Positions 39,520-52,345 of a DNA stretch of 64,000 nucleotides are shown here, in pieces. Source of the stretch: Mobula hypostoma. Its lineage: Eukaryota. The DNA lies in contig NC_086097.1 of assembly GCF_963921235.1 (NCBI RefSeq), positions 35,714,001 through 35,778,000 of the forward strand. The letters run 5' to 3'. The number at the start of each line of letters is the position of its first letter. The first letter of the stretch is position 1. The notes below the pieces were generated by a model. The model worked only from the letters and a program-made list of their open reading frames with translations, had not been told where the DNA came from and searched no databases. The position numbers and the translations under genes were made by a program.

Positions 39520-40258
39520 CAAACCCCCCTCACTACCATTCAAGCCCTAAACAGTCCTCCCAGGTGAGGCCACACTTCACCTGTGAGTCTCTTGGGGTCT
39601 TGTACTCTGTCCGGTGCTCCCGGTATGTCCTCCTGTTTATCGGTGAGATCCAACGTTGATTGGGAGACCACTTCACCGAGCACCTACACTCTGTCCGCCA
39701 GGAAAAGCAGGATCTCCCAGAGGCCACCCATTTTAATTCCACTTCCCATTCCAATATGTCTATCCATGACCTCCTCTGCTATCGTGATGAAGCCACACTT
39801 AGGTCGGAGAAACAACACCTTATATTCCATCTAGGTAGCCTCCAACCTAATGGCATGAACATTGATTTCTCAAATTTTCAATAATGCCCTCACACCCTGT
39901 CCTTTTCACCATTTTCCATCCCCTTTTCCCTCTCTCACCTTATATCCTTGCCTACCCATTGCCTCTCTCTGGTGCTCCTCCCCCCTTTTCTTTCTTCCAA
40001 GGGCTTCTAACCTCTTCTCTCAGACTCCTCCTTCCCCAGCCCTGTATCTCTTTCACCAAACTCTCCAGCTCTTTACTTCATCCCTCCCCCTTCAGGTTTC
40101 ACCAATCACCTTGTGTTTCTCTCTCCCCTCTCCCCATCTTTTAAATCTACTCCTCAGCTTGTTTTCTCCAGTCTGCTGAAGGGTCTTGGCTCAAAATGTC
40201 GACTGTACTCTTTCCTATAGATGCTGCTTGGCTGCCGAGTTCCTCCAGCATTTTGTGT
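39520..40258 (+). mobile_element. Penelope-like element 3' part (GIY-YIG region and tail)
   Basis: GDHFTEHLHSVRQEKQDLPEATHFNS...LGSLQPNGMNIDFSNF; tail with a decayed hammerhead near 40170-40210. Confidence 0.85.
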
Positions 40259-40689
40259 AAGTCAATTTATATGCACTGTTGTTGAAGCATGGAGCATGCG
40301 AGAAGATATAGATACGATCCGCTTTTTATTGATTCAGAGATGAGGAAAGAGTGGGGGTCTACCCATTGGAACAACAATTAGCTCTCTTAATCTAAAGCAA
40401 AAATCTGCAGAAGCTGAAAATATGAATTTAAGAAAAACAGAATATGTTTAAATACTCAACAGGTCAGGCAGCAAATGTGAAGAGAGAAAAATTGAGTTAA
40501 TATATCAGTGTGATATCAGTTAGACTAAGAAAACATTCAATTTTTTGATCATTTTAGCATAAGAAAAAATGACAATAAAGCACTATTTCAGCATATTACA
40601 GAATTATTAAAGAAATTTCATAATTCTCTGTATGTATCGTCAAAAGCAGTGCCATAATGTAAATGATGTCATTTTTATTCCTAAAGCAA

Positions 40690-41040
40690 GGATTTAGTTC
40701 TTTGGTGCTCATGTCATCCACCATCCAGTCATTCATTGTATTCAGGACATTCTTTATGCCATCTCTAAGCTCAATCTCCTACACAGAATCTAGTTGCTTG
40801 CAAGGATTAACTGCTTCTTTCCCCCCCTTCAGGAATCATAACTCCACCATGGATGGTCGCAAGCCCAGCTGTGAGAGGAGGAGGGTTGGGCTGGGGGCTA
40901 GCAAACCCATCCCATAAAACCCCTGAGAGAGGAGATGATCCCTGAGTGAGGAAAGGATGGCGCACGACAGAGGACTCTAACAAGCTGCTGTCAGTGACCT
41001 ATGCTCCAGCAGGGGTAATGGGCTTAAGCAAGTAAGTAAA
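40690..41040. mobile_element. RTE-derived short fragments
   Basis: gggttgggctgggggctagcaaacccatccc (RTE 5'-like) joined to gcacgacagagg...gacctatgctcc...taagtaa (RTE 3'-like tail). Confidence 0.45.
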
Positions 41041-41829
41041 CAAAGTTAATCCTGAGAAAACCCAGTAAGTATATTTAGTAATGAATCTACAGTTAAAATG
41101 AAAACTGGCAATCTCACTAAATGATTGACACACTTCCTATGAGTGATTTTATCACCCACCTTTTGTTTAGGGTATGTTAAACCTGGGAAGGATCACATTC
41201 AAGAGTGGTTTCGAGTCTGTGTGAAGGATGCTATCTGCAGTGGTTGGGTGTTTGTTTCAGAATTTTGCGTTTTTAAACTTTCATCTCAAAACAAAGTCAA
41301 ATTAAAGAGTGAGAATAGGTTCTATTTATAGCAGGAACAACGGTTAGAAAAAGAATTCACAAAGAATAAGTTATAACAGTAGGCTTCAAAGGATTCAGAA
41401 TGTGGGTTTATAATTAGAACAGACAGCAGTCAAGGATTTGAAGTTGCATTTCAGAGTTTAATAATTTTGGATTTGCTCTGTAAATACAATTTATAAAATA
41501 AATGGAGCATTATTCAATTACGATTGAGTTCATAGCGCAACTCAGAGCTGGCAGCAGAATTCAAGGCTGGCTATTACACTGGCTGCAGGTAGCACGTAAT
41601 ATCGTTGAATTACATTTTTTGATTTGGAAGTGAAGAATGCTTTAGTTCATAGAGTGGGTTTAAAGGATAAAACATCATTTTTGTTGCTATCTTTGAGTAA
41701 ACACTACAAGCAAAAAGTGATCAATTAACTCTTGAATATGTGAAGCTTCCAATTTAACCACACCTTTAGTAGCCATCTACAATCAATGCACAAACATATC
41801 CAGATACATGTGAGGCAAGCTGTACTTGA

Positions 41830-43600
41830 ATCATTGAGTGCAGTTCTGGTCACCACACAACAGGAAGAATGTGATTAAGCTAGAAAGAGTGCAGAAAAGA
41901 TTCACAAGGATGTCGGCCCGATTTGGAAGCTTTGGTTATCAGGAAGGACTGATTAGGCTAAGTCTGTTTGTCCTGAAGCAAAGAGGCTGAGAAATGTATA
42001 ATGACTTTGCAGAGGGATATACAATATGAGAGATATTGTTCAGGTAGATAGCCAGTTTCTGTTTTCCATGGTAGGGAGTGTGTGAATCTAGAGGGCATAG
42101 GTATAAGAGGGAAGAGCTTAAAAGGGTGTCTGAGGGGAATCTCTCTGGCCCTACGTTCCTCCTTAGAACACCTGGAGAATAAAGACGCATACATAAGGCT
42201 CCTTTTCATTGACTACAGCTCTGCCTTTAATACCATCTTTCCAAATAAACTGATTCCTAAGCTCCGGAACCTGGGCCTTAGCACTCAGATCTGCAGCTGG
42301 ATCAACTTCCTCACAGACAGGACCCAGGCTGTTAAAAATAGGGGACAAGCTCTCCTTTACAATCACTCTGAGCACCTGTGCCCCACAAGGCTGTGTACTC
42401 AGCCCCCTGCTGTACTCACTGTACACCCATGATTGTGTAGCCAAGTTTCCATCAAACTCAATATATAAGTTTGCTGATGACACAACAATTGTAGGCCGTA
42501 TCTCAGGTAATGATGAGTTTGAGTACAGAGAATTAAGAACCTGGTGGCATGGTGCGAAGACAATAACCTATCCCTCAACGTCAGCAAGACGAAGGAATTG
42601 GTTGTTATCTTCAGAAGGAGTAGCGGACCGCACGACCCAATTTACATCGGTGGTGCGCAAGTGGAACAGGTCAAAAGCTTTAAGTTCCTCGGGGTCAATA
42701 TCACAAATGACCTGACTTGGTCCAATCAAGCAGAGTTCACCGCCAAGAAGGCCCACCAGTGCCTTTACTTCCTGAGAAAACTAAAGAAATTTGGCCTGTC
42801 CCCTAAAACGCTCACTAATTTTTATAGATGCACCGTAGAAAGTATTCTTCTAGGGTACATCACAACCTGGTATGGAAGTTGTCCTGTCCAAGACCGAAAG
42901 AAGCTGCAGAAGATCGTGAACACGGCGCAGCACATCACACAAACTAATCTTCTGTCCGTGGACTCACTTTACACCGCACGCTGTCGGAGCAGTGCTGCCA
43001 GGATAATCAAGGACACAACCCACCCAGCCAACACACTTTTCGTCCCTCTTCCCTCTGGGAGAAGGCTCAGGAGCTTGAAGACTCGTACGGCCAGATTTGG
43101 GAACAGCTTCTTTCCAACTGTGATAAGACTGCTGAATGGATCCTGACCCGGATCTGGGCCGTACCCTCCAAAGATCCGGACCTGCTTCTTGGTTTTTTTT
43201 GCATTACTTTACTTTCCATTTTTCTATTTTCTATTTATGATTTTTAATATTTACTAATTTTTTACTATTTTTAATATTTAATATTTGTAATCCAGGGAGT
43301 GGGAAGCGCAGAATCAAATATCGCTGTGATGATTGTACTTTCTAGTGTCAATTGTTTGGCCACAATAAAGTATAAAGTATAAATTTTTCATACTACCAGG
43401 AGTTGGTATCTGGAATCAGTAGCCAGAAGTTGTAGAAGAAGGAACAGTGACAACACTTAAGAGGCATCTAGATAGGCACTTAAGTGAGTGGGGAAGAGGT
43501 AAAGAGAATTAATGCAGGCAAGTTGGATTAGTATAGATAGGTATAATGGCTGGCATAGAATCAATGGCTCCAACGGCGTTTTACTAAGCTGTACACTTCT
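41830..43600 (+). mobile_element. CR1 3' fragment interrupted by Rex1
   Basis: gtgcagttctggtcacc...ctagaaagagtgcagaaaagattcac; CR1-like sequence resumes after 43383. Confidence 0.7.
42138..43382 (+). mobile_element. Young Rex1/Babar LINE, 5'-truncated
   Basis: [15 protein letters not shown]; nucleotides encoding KFADD; 200-aa ORF 42544-43146; (TATAAAG)n tail. Confidence 0.9.
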
Positions 43601-43861
43601 ATAACATTATAAGTAGTAGAATGGTTTAGAATACAAAAGATAATATACAATATAACAAATACAAAAAAGAAAAACTTCAATTCCTATCTGCACTGCTGTT
43701 AATTTTGATATATTAATCCAATTCCTGCAGAAAAATTATTGTTTGCTTTTTATTTCTCTTTAACATACTATAGTTTAGCATGTCTGAGATGTTGGATATG
43801 GTAACAATGAAAGCAACCATTGCTCTACATTACCTGGCAGTGAATTTGTGTAACTATTCAG

Positions 43862-44600
43862 AACCATATTCAGGTTTAATATCACTGGCATATGTTGTGA
43901 AGTCTGTGGTTTTGTGGCAGAAGTACATTGCAATATATACCAACAGTAAAAATATATAAATTACAATAAGAAATATATATGAATAAACTAAATAAGTGGT
44001 GCAAAAGGAGTAATTTTTTTTTAAAGTGAGGCATTGGTAACTTGTTCATTGTCCATTCAGAAATCTGGTGGTGGAGAGGAAGGAGCTGTTCCTAAAATTT
44101 TGAGTGTGTGTCTTCAGGCTCCTGTACCTCCTCTTTGATCATAGCACTGAGAAGATGGCATGTCCTGGGGGAGATCGGGGTCCTTATGACAGATGCTGCC
44201 TTTTTGGGGCATCACCTTTTGTAGGTGCCCTTATGCTGGGGAGGCTAGTTCTCATGATGGAGCAGGCCGACTTTACAACTTCTTAAACAACAGGAATTCT
44301 GCAGATGCTGGAAATTCAAGCAACACACAAAGTTGCTGGTGAACGCAGCAGGCTAGGCAGCATCTCTAGGAAGAGGTACAGTCGACGTTTCAGGCCGAGA
44401 CCTGTCCGGACGAAGGGTCTTGGCCTGAAACGTCGACTGTACCTCTTCCTAGAGATGCTGCCTAGCCTGCTGCGTTCACCAGCAACTTTGATGTGTGTTG
44501 TTTATAACTTCCGGCAGCTTTTTCTGATCCTGTGCAGTGGCCCCTCCATGTCAGGCTGTGATGTAACCAGTTAGAGTGCTCTCCACAGTGCCTCTGTAGA
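43862..44600 (-). mobile_element. Rex1/Babar 3' fragment
   Basis: Similar to 1-480 and to the reverse complement of 62062-62580. Confidence 0.7.
44283..44500. repeat. Fold-back of two Penelope tails
   Basis: Arms at about 44321-44402 and 44416-44500; flanked by TTTACAACTTC and TTTATAACTTC. Confidence 0.8.
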
Positions 44601-45126
44601 AAAACATCATACATCATATTCCCATACACCATAAGTTTTCAGGTCATAATTTACATTGGCAACAAGAATCAACAAATTGAACATATGGACGCTGCCCTTT
44701 GGAAGATGTTGTGTACAAAAGGATTTGTTTGGATCTCTACTCCAGATGAAGGATCTCTTGCATGCTGTGTCAATCCTTGCCTGTAACACCACAGTGACTA
44801 ATGAGCCAATGAACTCTCACTCTTAATCTAGCTAATCAAAACCCATGCAAGCCAACATTTGTTAAAACTAGACCTTTCAATATATGATAAAACTCAGTAC
44901 GTTCGGCGCACAGGCACTGCATTCAGATGCTCCTAAGGCAGTGGGAGTCATGCTGAACCTCTCGCACATTTGAATTCATCCGTGGTCATATCCTGCTGGA
45001 AAATGACAGCATCAACAGGTTTTGGAATCACATGATAAACATACCAAGCACTCCAGTTTTTTTTAAATAGTGAGAAATCTCTACCAGTGTTTATAACATC
45101 TTATCACCTATAATTCTAATGACATA

Positions 45127-45131
45127 CAGTA

Positions 45132-45163
<32 letters not shown>

Positions 45164-45657
45164 CTAGGGCACCTAAGACTTTTGCAGCACTGTAGTAATT
45201 TTATGTATTGCACTGTACTGCCGTCGCAAAATTAAGCAAAATTTTATGATGTGTTTGAGTGATGATGAACCTAATTCTGATATGGGTCTCTATTGTGGAC
45301 AAGGGAAGGGGCAGGGAGAGGGGAATCATGGTTGGGAAAAGGGGAAAGGAGAAGAGAGGGAGTGGGAAGCATCAGAGAGACATTCTGTAATGATCAATAG
45401 ACCTATTGTTCGGAATCAAATGACTTTGCCTGGTGTCCCAGGGCTGGGTATGGCTGCTCCCATGCCATCGCCTGCCCCTGGCATGCCTTCTCTGCTACCT
45501 GTCCCGCACCCCCCCAACGGTGCTCCACCCTCACCATTCCCAACATCATTTGCTCCTGGCAGATTTACAAGCTCGCTCTCCGCTCCACGTTGACAAATAC
45601 AGTACTGTCTTAGGCACCCTAGCTATACATATGTACCAATACTTTTGCATAGTATCA
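45127..45657. repeat. Two short palindromic MITE-like units (CAGTACTG ends, TA-rich core) around a repeat fragment
   Basis: cagtactg(ta)n-gctagggcacctaagacttttgca at 45127; cagtactgtcttaggcaccctagcta at 45600. Confidence 0.45.
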
Positions 45658-46995
45658 TAGATGCTAAAAATGTACTGACTGAATATTTTCCGCCCAGCAA
45701 TCACAAAAGGAAAGTGAAAACACAATCGATCAATAAAGGATGTGTCTGAGGCGATTTGCTGCAAACTGTGATTTTTCTGATTTAGTGTGGGAGTTGTAAA
45801 TGCAAATTAGCAAGGATGCAACTCTAGCAACTTCAGTGGTAAACCTTTGAAATAAAATCCCAAACTGCTTGAGTTAGCAAGCACATTGTCACTTGAGAAT
45901 TAAGCAGTTGAGCAAGAAAGCAAACAAGACAATGCTGAACAGGGCAGTGGATAAAATAGACACCAGGACAAAATATTCACTTGAAACTTTCAAAGGAAAA
46001 CAATTGTCAGCATCATCCAAATGGACAGAACTCAAAACAATACATTTATTCTTCTGGCAGCTAAGCAAAATATCCTGCTAAGAGGAACACCATGTAAGTC
46101 ATATGGAAAACCCAAATGTTTTGTGAGAGCTTGTCATTAAGTGAACCTAGTGCATCAGAACTTGTCAGATCAAGTAATGACTTTTGAAGCCGATATAGAG
46201 GTGAACATCAATTCTGATGATCCTGGGGATATAGCTGTTAGCCACCACATTCCTCAGAGCTTTCAGTAATAGGTAGAAGTGAACATTTGTAACCCACAAA
46301 TCAATGTGCTGTTGATACAGGTACATCTGTCAACATGATAAGTGAATAAACTTTCAACAGCCTTCACTGTCACCTGATTGTAGCTCAGTGAAAAATTACC
46401 GGATATTTGCCTGCCGTAATACTGCATCATCGACAATTTGTGGAGCACTTTCACCTCAAACAACTTTCATACCTGAATACGTTAGCTTGACATTCTGTTG
46501 AAATGCAGGTACTGTAGTTGTGATAGTCTTGACACTGTGAAAGCTTCTCAGATAGGCAGTATCTGCAATCAACCAACTGGTCACAGTGCAAAGTCACAGA
46601 AAGGAATACCACTTACGCGAGTATGAACGGTGCTCAAAATAATAACACTAAGCAAAATCAAATTTGTAACTAATCCGGAATGTTTTCCTGCAAGTACAGT
46701 ACATAAAATGGATCAAGTTGTGAGGGTTCTCTGCAAGATCGATACAAATTTACCATGAATTTATGATTGCATCTACCATTCACCTTCTTCTGTGGACTAA
46801 ATGCATTACCATCACGCAAAAATTTTACATAATAAAATCAGAAAATGCTCAGTGAAGTAGGTAGAATCAGTGGAAGGAGAAACAGTTACTATTTCAGGTC
46901 AGAGACCCTTCATCAGAACATTACTTACAAAGGCTTTCAAGGAATCATGCTACAGTTCTCAGTGATAGATCAACTTGCTGAAAAAAACTACAGAA

Positions 46996-47205
46996 TGGCA
47001 CAGTAGTGTAGTGGTTAGTGTAAAGCTTTACAGTACCAGTGACGCGCATTCAATTCCACAACTGTCTATAGGAGCTTGGATGTTCTCCCTGTGACCGTGT
47101 GGGTCTCCTCCCACTTTCCAAAGATATATGGATTAGGGTTCATGACACAAACAATGCATTTCACAAATGTTTCGATGTACATGTTACAAATAAAGCTAAT
47201 CAATC
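46996..47205 (+). mobile_element. tRNA-derived V-SINE-like element
   Basis: A box TAGTGTAGTGG; B box ATTCAATTCC; V-domain-like GGAGCTTGGATGTTCTCCCTGTGACCGTGTGGG. Confidence 0.65.
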
Positions 47206-47652
47206 ATTATCGCTACTTTTACAAATGTCTAACATGTCAGGCAACCATAAAATAAAGATTACAGGAACCAATTTGAGTTTCTCAAATGTGTTCAGGAAAG
47301 TTTGCTTAATCAGTATATAGAACTTCCAACTAGAAAGTGTGTGAATCTAGATTTCTTTTTCGGGAGCGAGACAAGGCAAGTGACAGAAGTTAATGTAGGC
47401 GAATACTTTGCATATAGTGATCACAATGCCATTAGTTTCAAGGTAAGTATGGAAATGGATAGGCCTGGTCCTCAGGTTGAGATTCTGAATTGGAGAAAGG
47501 CCATTTTTGATGGTATCAGAAAGGATCTGGCAAGTGTGAACTGGTTGTTTTCTGGCAAAGGTGCACTTTATAACTGGGAAGCCTTCAAAAATGAAATTTT
47601 GAGAGTACAGAGTTTGTATGTTCATGTCAGAATAAAAGGCAAGGATAATGGG

Positions 47653-48720
47653 TGTAAAGCTCTGTTATATTGGCTCGTATATATCTAGGGGAAATCCCAC
47701 CCGGCGCCCGCCTGGACGCCACCAGCTGGGTCAGTGGCTGTACCACTGCCACCCAAATCAGTCCCAAACATCAATCATCAGCCAGCACACACAGTACGTT
47801 TTACCAAGTACACTTTATAGATATTACTAAGCCTATGAAATTAATATAAATTCGATACAGAAAAAGAAGGAATGGAAAAGAAGGCGCCAGACTTATCAAA
47901 GTTCACGTTCTTTGTGCGCAACCGTTGGAGCTCATTCGATTCCTGATGACCACCCAGGTCCTGTCAACTCGTGGCTCAGGACCACCCGGAGTGATCGACC
48001 GGAGCCTTTCGCACGTCCACCGTCCTCCCCGTCTCTCCTCCGACTCCCCGCCAAAAACCCCGTCCACCATCCTCCCCATCTCTCCTCCGACTCCCCCCCA
48101 AAACCCCGTCCACCGTCCTCCCCGTCTCTCCTCCGACTCCCCCCCAAAAACCCCCGTCCACCGTCCTCCCCGTCTCTCCTCCGACTCCCCGTCAAAAATC
48201 CCATCAACCATCCTCCCCGTCTCTCCTCCAACTCATCTCTCCTCCGACTCCCCGTCAAAACCCCGTCCGTCCTCCCCGGACTCCCCGTCTCTCCACCGTC
48301 CGCCCCGTCTCTCCACCGTCCGCCCCGTCTCTCCTCCGACTCCGTCAAAAACCCCCGCACGTCCACCGTCCTCCCCGTCTCCCTCCCAAAATCCCCCGCA
48401 CGTCCTCCAACTCCCCGTCTCTCCTCCGACTCCCCCCCAAAAACCTCGTCTACCGTCCTCCCAGTCTCTCCTCCGACTCCCCCCAAAAAACCCCCGTCCA
48501 CCGTCCTCCCTGTCTCTCCTCCGACTCCCCGTCAAAAACCCCGTCCACAGTCATATGAGACAGCATTATCAGCCGAAGAACGATACATGAACACCCATTG
48601 GCTAATGGCACCCTGCTGTCTGTATTAACCCAAGCAAATGTCTAGCTGGAGACTTTCTCAGCATTTAACATAACATAGAAGCCATTTGAAATTTAACATA
48701 CAATGAAGAAACCCCATACA
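47653..48720 (-). mobile_element. Solo LTR containing a minisatellite
   Basis: TG...CA ends; interrupts a CR1 cleanly; shares GAGCTCCAACGGTT...GCACAAAGA...TGAACTTTGATAAGT.TGGCGCCTT with the 53597 LTR; TSD imperfect (TGGG/CGCG). Confidence 0.7.
48014..48548. repeat. C-rich minisatellite, about 45-bp unit, about 12 copies
   Basis: ccgtccaccgtcctccccgtctctcctccgactcccc..caaaaaccc repeated. Confidence 0.9.
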
Positions 48721-49889
48721 CGCGTTTAGGGAACCTGGGTTTTCAAGAGATATGAGGCTCTGCTTAAGGACAAGAAGGAGTTGTACAGCAGGTAGAGACA
48801 GGTAGGAATAAATGAGGTACTTATAGATTATAAGAAATGCAAGAGAACACTTAAGAAATAAATCAGGAGCTCTAAAAGAAGACCTGAGGTTGCATGAGGA
48901 AGATCAGAGTGGTCATCCATTTGTGGAGATGAAAGAGAAGGGGGAGATCTTAAGTGGATTTTTTGCATTTGTATTTTCTAGGGAGATGGACAAAGAGTCT
49001 ATAGTTGTGAGACAATGCAGCAGCGAGCTTATGGACTCTACACAGATTACAGAGGAGAAGATGTTTGTTGTCTTGAAGCAAATACCCAATGTGTTCCTTT
49101 GGACTATGTAGGGGACTAATGCAGAAACTGCAAGGGGCCCTAACAGAGATATCGAAAACATTTTCAGCCATGAGTGAGGTGCTGAGGGATTGAAGGATAG
49201 GTAATGTTGTTCCATTGTTTAAGTAGTACTCTGAGAATAAGACAGGAAATTATAGGCTGGTGAGCCTGGCATCAGCAGTGGGAAAGTTATTGGAAGCTAA
49301 ACTAAGGAACCAGATATATAATTTGGATAGACAGCGACTGGTTAGGGATAGTCAACATGGCTCTGTGCACAGTAAGTCGTGTCTAACCAAACTTAGAGTT
49401 TTTCCAAGGAAGTTACCAAGAACGTTGATGTAGGCAAGGCAATAGATGTTATCTTACATGGACAAGGTCCCACATGGGAGGATGATCAAGTCGGTTCAGT
49501 TGCTTGGCATTCAAGATGAGGTAAATGATTCATAATTTCTTGAAACTGGCATTAGATAGGATCATAAAGAAACCTTTTGGCATATTCACCTTCATAAAGC
49601 AATGCATTGAGTACATGAATTGGCATGTTACATTGAAATTATAGAAAACACTGACAAGGCCTAATTCAGAGTATTGTGTCCAGTTTTGGTCACCAGGAAA
49701 GATACAAATAAGATTGAAGCAGTGCAGAGAAATTTTACAAGGACGTTGCCAGGGCTTGAGGACCTGAGTTTTAGGGAAAGGCTCAATAGGTGAGGACTTT
49801 ATTCCCAGGAACATAGAAGATTGAGGGGAGATTTGATAAAAGTACACAAATTTACGAGGGCCACTGGAAGGAGAAACTGATGTTCATGC

Positions 49890-50310
49890 CATCCACTCTC
49901 AGGATGAAGGAGCAAAACCTTATATTCTATCTAGGTGGCCCCCAACCCATGAACATCAATTTCTCTTTCCGTTACTTTTCCCCCCACTCAACCTTCCCTA
50001 TTCTTCTATGCCCCACTCTGGCCTGTCCATTACCTCCCCTTGGTGCCCCTCTTCCTTTCTGTGATAGCCCGCTCTCCTCTACTACCAGTTTCCTTCATCT
50101 CCAACCCTTTACCTTTCTCACCAACCTGGCTTCATCTATCACCTTCTAGCTAGTCTTCCTTCCCCTACCCCAACCTTTTTTATTCTGGCATCTTCCTCCT
50201 TCCTTTCTAGTGCTAAAGGCGGGTCTTCCCTGAAACACGATGGTTTATTTATTTCTATTAATGCTGCCTGACCTGTTGAGTTCCTCCACTATTTTGTGTG
50301 TGCTGCTCTG
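49890..50310 (+). mobile_element. Penelope 3' fragment
   Basis: TLRMKEQNLIFYLG..., pyrimidine-rich 3' region and tail. Confidence 0.7.
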
Positions 50311-51064
50311 GCATCAAGTCAATTGACTTTACAAGTGTTCAAAATATAAGATACTGAGAAGAACAATTTATGGATGTCATCAGACAGTGATGGCAGATTC
50401 ACAGAGAAACAAATCATGCTTTTTCTGGAGACTACCTGAAAGTGGGACAAGGAATTTGCATGCTGGCTTTCAAAGCCAAAATATTTTGTAATAACCAACA
50501 AAATGAACGAGCTCATTATAACACTGTTTGCACTGATAGGCATTGATACGTTTTGTAACTGCACAACATTAAGCTAATTGGAAAGAAAACACGGAGAGTC
50601 CAGAATATGAGTCAAACTTCTTATTATGTGGTGGTGTGACCTTACATAAACTTGTAATGAAGTACTTAAACAAATAATGCTTCATCAAGCAAAATATTTA
50701 CAATACTATTGAAGTATTAAATACACATTCCTCCCTGCTCAGCTATAAACTCCAACTCAATATAGAATGTACGGCAACATATATAGATAAATGCATATAT
50801 ACAGTGTATACTATATAATACACTACTATTTAGACATCCACAGAATAGTAAATTTTAAATTTGCCCATCCAGGCCCAAAGATTTAATGGCTGTGGAGGAT
50901 TTCTTACTTTCGTGGGGTAATTATCTTCTCTGACAAAGGAGGGCACTCTGCTTTGCAGGTGAGACTTTTGGCTGTGGTAAGTATCACAAGTTCTGGGGCC
51001 TCCTCTGTAGTGGTTGCAGGAGTGACTCAGACAGCAGGTAGTTGTTCTGACTGCTCCAGACATC

Positions 51065-52345
51065 TTTCTTTTCCTTTTTTCTCTGGATCTACTATGATCC
51101 TTATTTCTCTTGCAATCCTTATCAGTCTCATTCCCACTCTTTTCTTTCTCACATTCCTTCTCTTTGATGCCTTTCACTTCTTCACTCTTATTATTTCTAT
51201 CAGTTGTCTCCTTTTCAACTTCTTGCTTTTTCTCACCTTTTTTTTTCTTCTGGTTGCTTGCGTGTATCCCTGACTTTGCTAATTTCTCAAGAAATTAGGT
51301 CTCGTTCATCCTCTACCATTTCCATAGTAATTATGTCATTTTCCTTTCTTCTTCTTCCTAGGATGTGCGTCTTGAACTTGGGAAGGTGTATTTATGTGGT
51401 CTCCTTCAGCTTTTTGAGTTCTTCCTTGTTGCCATTTTCCGAGTGGGTGATATGTTTTTTTTGTGCGAGGCAGGGGTTGAGGATTGGGGTCTGACGTTCT
51501 TGGCGTTTTTACTCGTGGGCGATCTGTTACTTTTTTGCATGCAAGAGAGGGGGTTGGGGTTTGATGTTATTGTTGCTGCTGTTTTGTGAGGGAGGATGCT
51601 GGGGGTTAGGGATTTGATGTTCTAGCTACCATTTTCTGGGTGGGTGAACTGTTAGTTTTTGTGTGAGGGAGACATTAGAGGGTTTGGGGTCTGCGAGTTT
51701 TGTTTCTTTTTTGTGTGGGGAGGGGTCGATGTCTTTTGTTTTAACAGCTTCCATGGTTTTTCTGTATTTCATGGCTACCTGGAGAAGACGAGTTGTATTC
51801 TGCGTACATACTTTGATAATAAAATTAACTTTTGAATCTTTAGATCACTGGGGTATTCTCTTATTACTCCTTCTACTGCTTCCTTTATGATCTGATCTCT
51901 CCTCTTTGTTTCCTCATCCACAACATCATCTGATGAATCCGCTGATTTTGCTTCTCCAGTGGCTCATCTCTTTTTGCCTTCCATTCATCCAGCTGTCCTT
52001 GGATCTTTGCATCTAATTTTACAAGTAGCTTTTCATCTGCCACGTGAAGTTCACACAATAGTCTTAACGCGCACAGAGTGGACTCTGGTTCTTTATGTTC
52101 CTGAAAGCTGAATGATTGAACTTTCCCAAAGCTCCTTGAACTCTTTTCCTGTTTAAAACCAAGCACATTTCACAAGTAACTGCCTGGTTAACCTATCATT
52201 AGCTTCCTCAGCTATGTTGCCAAGAAAAACTATTACAGTCGGACCACTGCTTTCATCACTTTCATGAGTCCTCTGAGCAGCATGGTCCTTCCTTCCATAA
52301 TCGAGTATGCTTTCCAACCAGACGAAATAAGTTGGCACCAATACC
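51065..52345 (-). pseudogene. RBM25: Intronless, frameshifted RBM25 fragment (RRM through the RE/RD-rich region)
   Basis: VLVPT..VGKH..RKDH..GPTVIVFLGNIAEEANDRLTRQLLVKC; KEPESTLCALRLL..KLLVKLDAK..QLDEWKAK; DEETKRRDQIIKEAVEGVIREY; HPRKKKK; RDLIS*EISKVRDT; RNKDHSRSREK, collinear with vertebrate RBM25 as I recall it. Confidence 0.9.
51395..51838 (+). mobile_element. Retroposon-like insertion inside the RBM25 fragment
   Basis: TTTA duplicated at 51391-51394 and 51839-51842; removing it restores the reading SDLNTPSQ; tail shared with 5961-6765. Confidence 0.75.

Larger units (their letters stand above)
47280..49860 (+). mobile_element. Decayed CR1 ORF2 split by a solo LTR
   Basis: LNQYIELPTR...SDHNAISFK; later nucleotides for NYRLVSLAS and SCLTKL; 3' CR1 motifs. 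Confidence 0.8.

Noticed and set aside
39248..40376. Possible solo LTR split by the Penelope insertion
   Set aside because: TG...CA ends only; no TSD and no second copy in the window
46472..46687. Two minus-strand AG...GT bounded open segments resembling exons
   Set aside because: Only about 55 nt apart and the peptides are unrecognisable; likely chance splice motifs
48014..48548. CRISPR-like periodicity (also 60630-60745)
   Set aside because: Head-to-tail units with no unique spacers, in a eukaryotic context
47903..48628. Overlapping Pro-rich and Gly/Arg-rich ORFs up to 238 aa
   Set aside because: Products of the stop-poor minisatellite, open in several frames on both strands
51065..52345. 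Functional RBM25 gene
   Set aside because: Partial, frameshifted, contains a stop and a TE insertion, and has no introns
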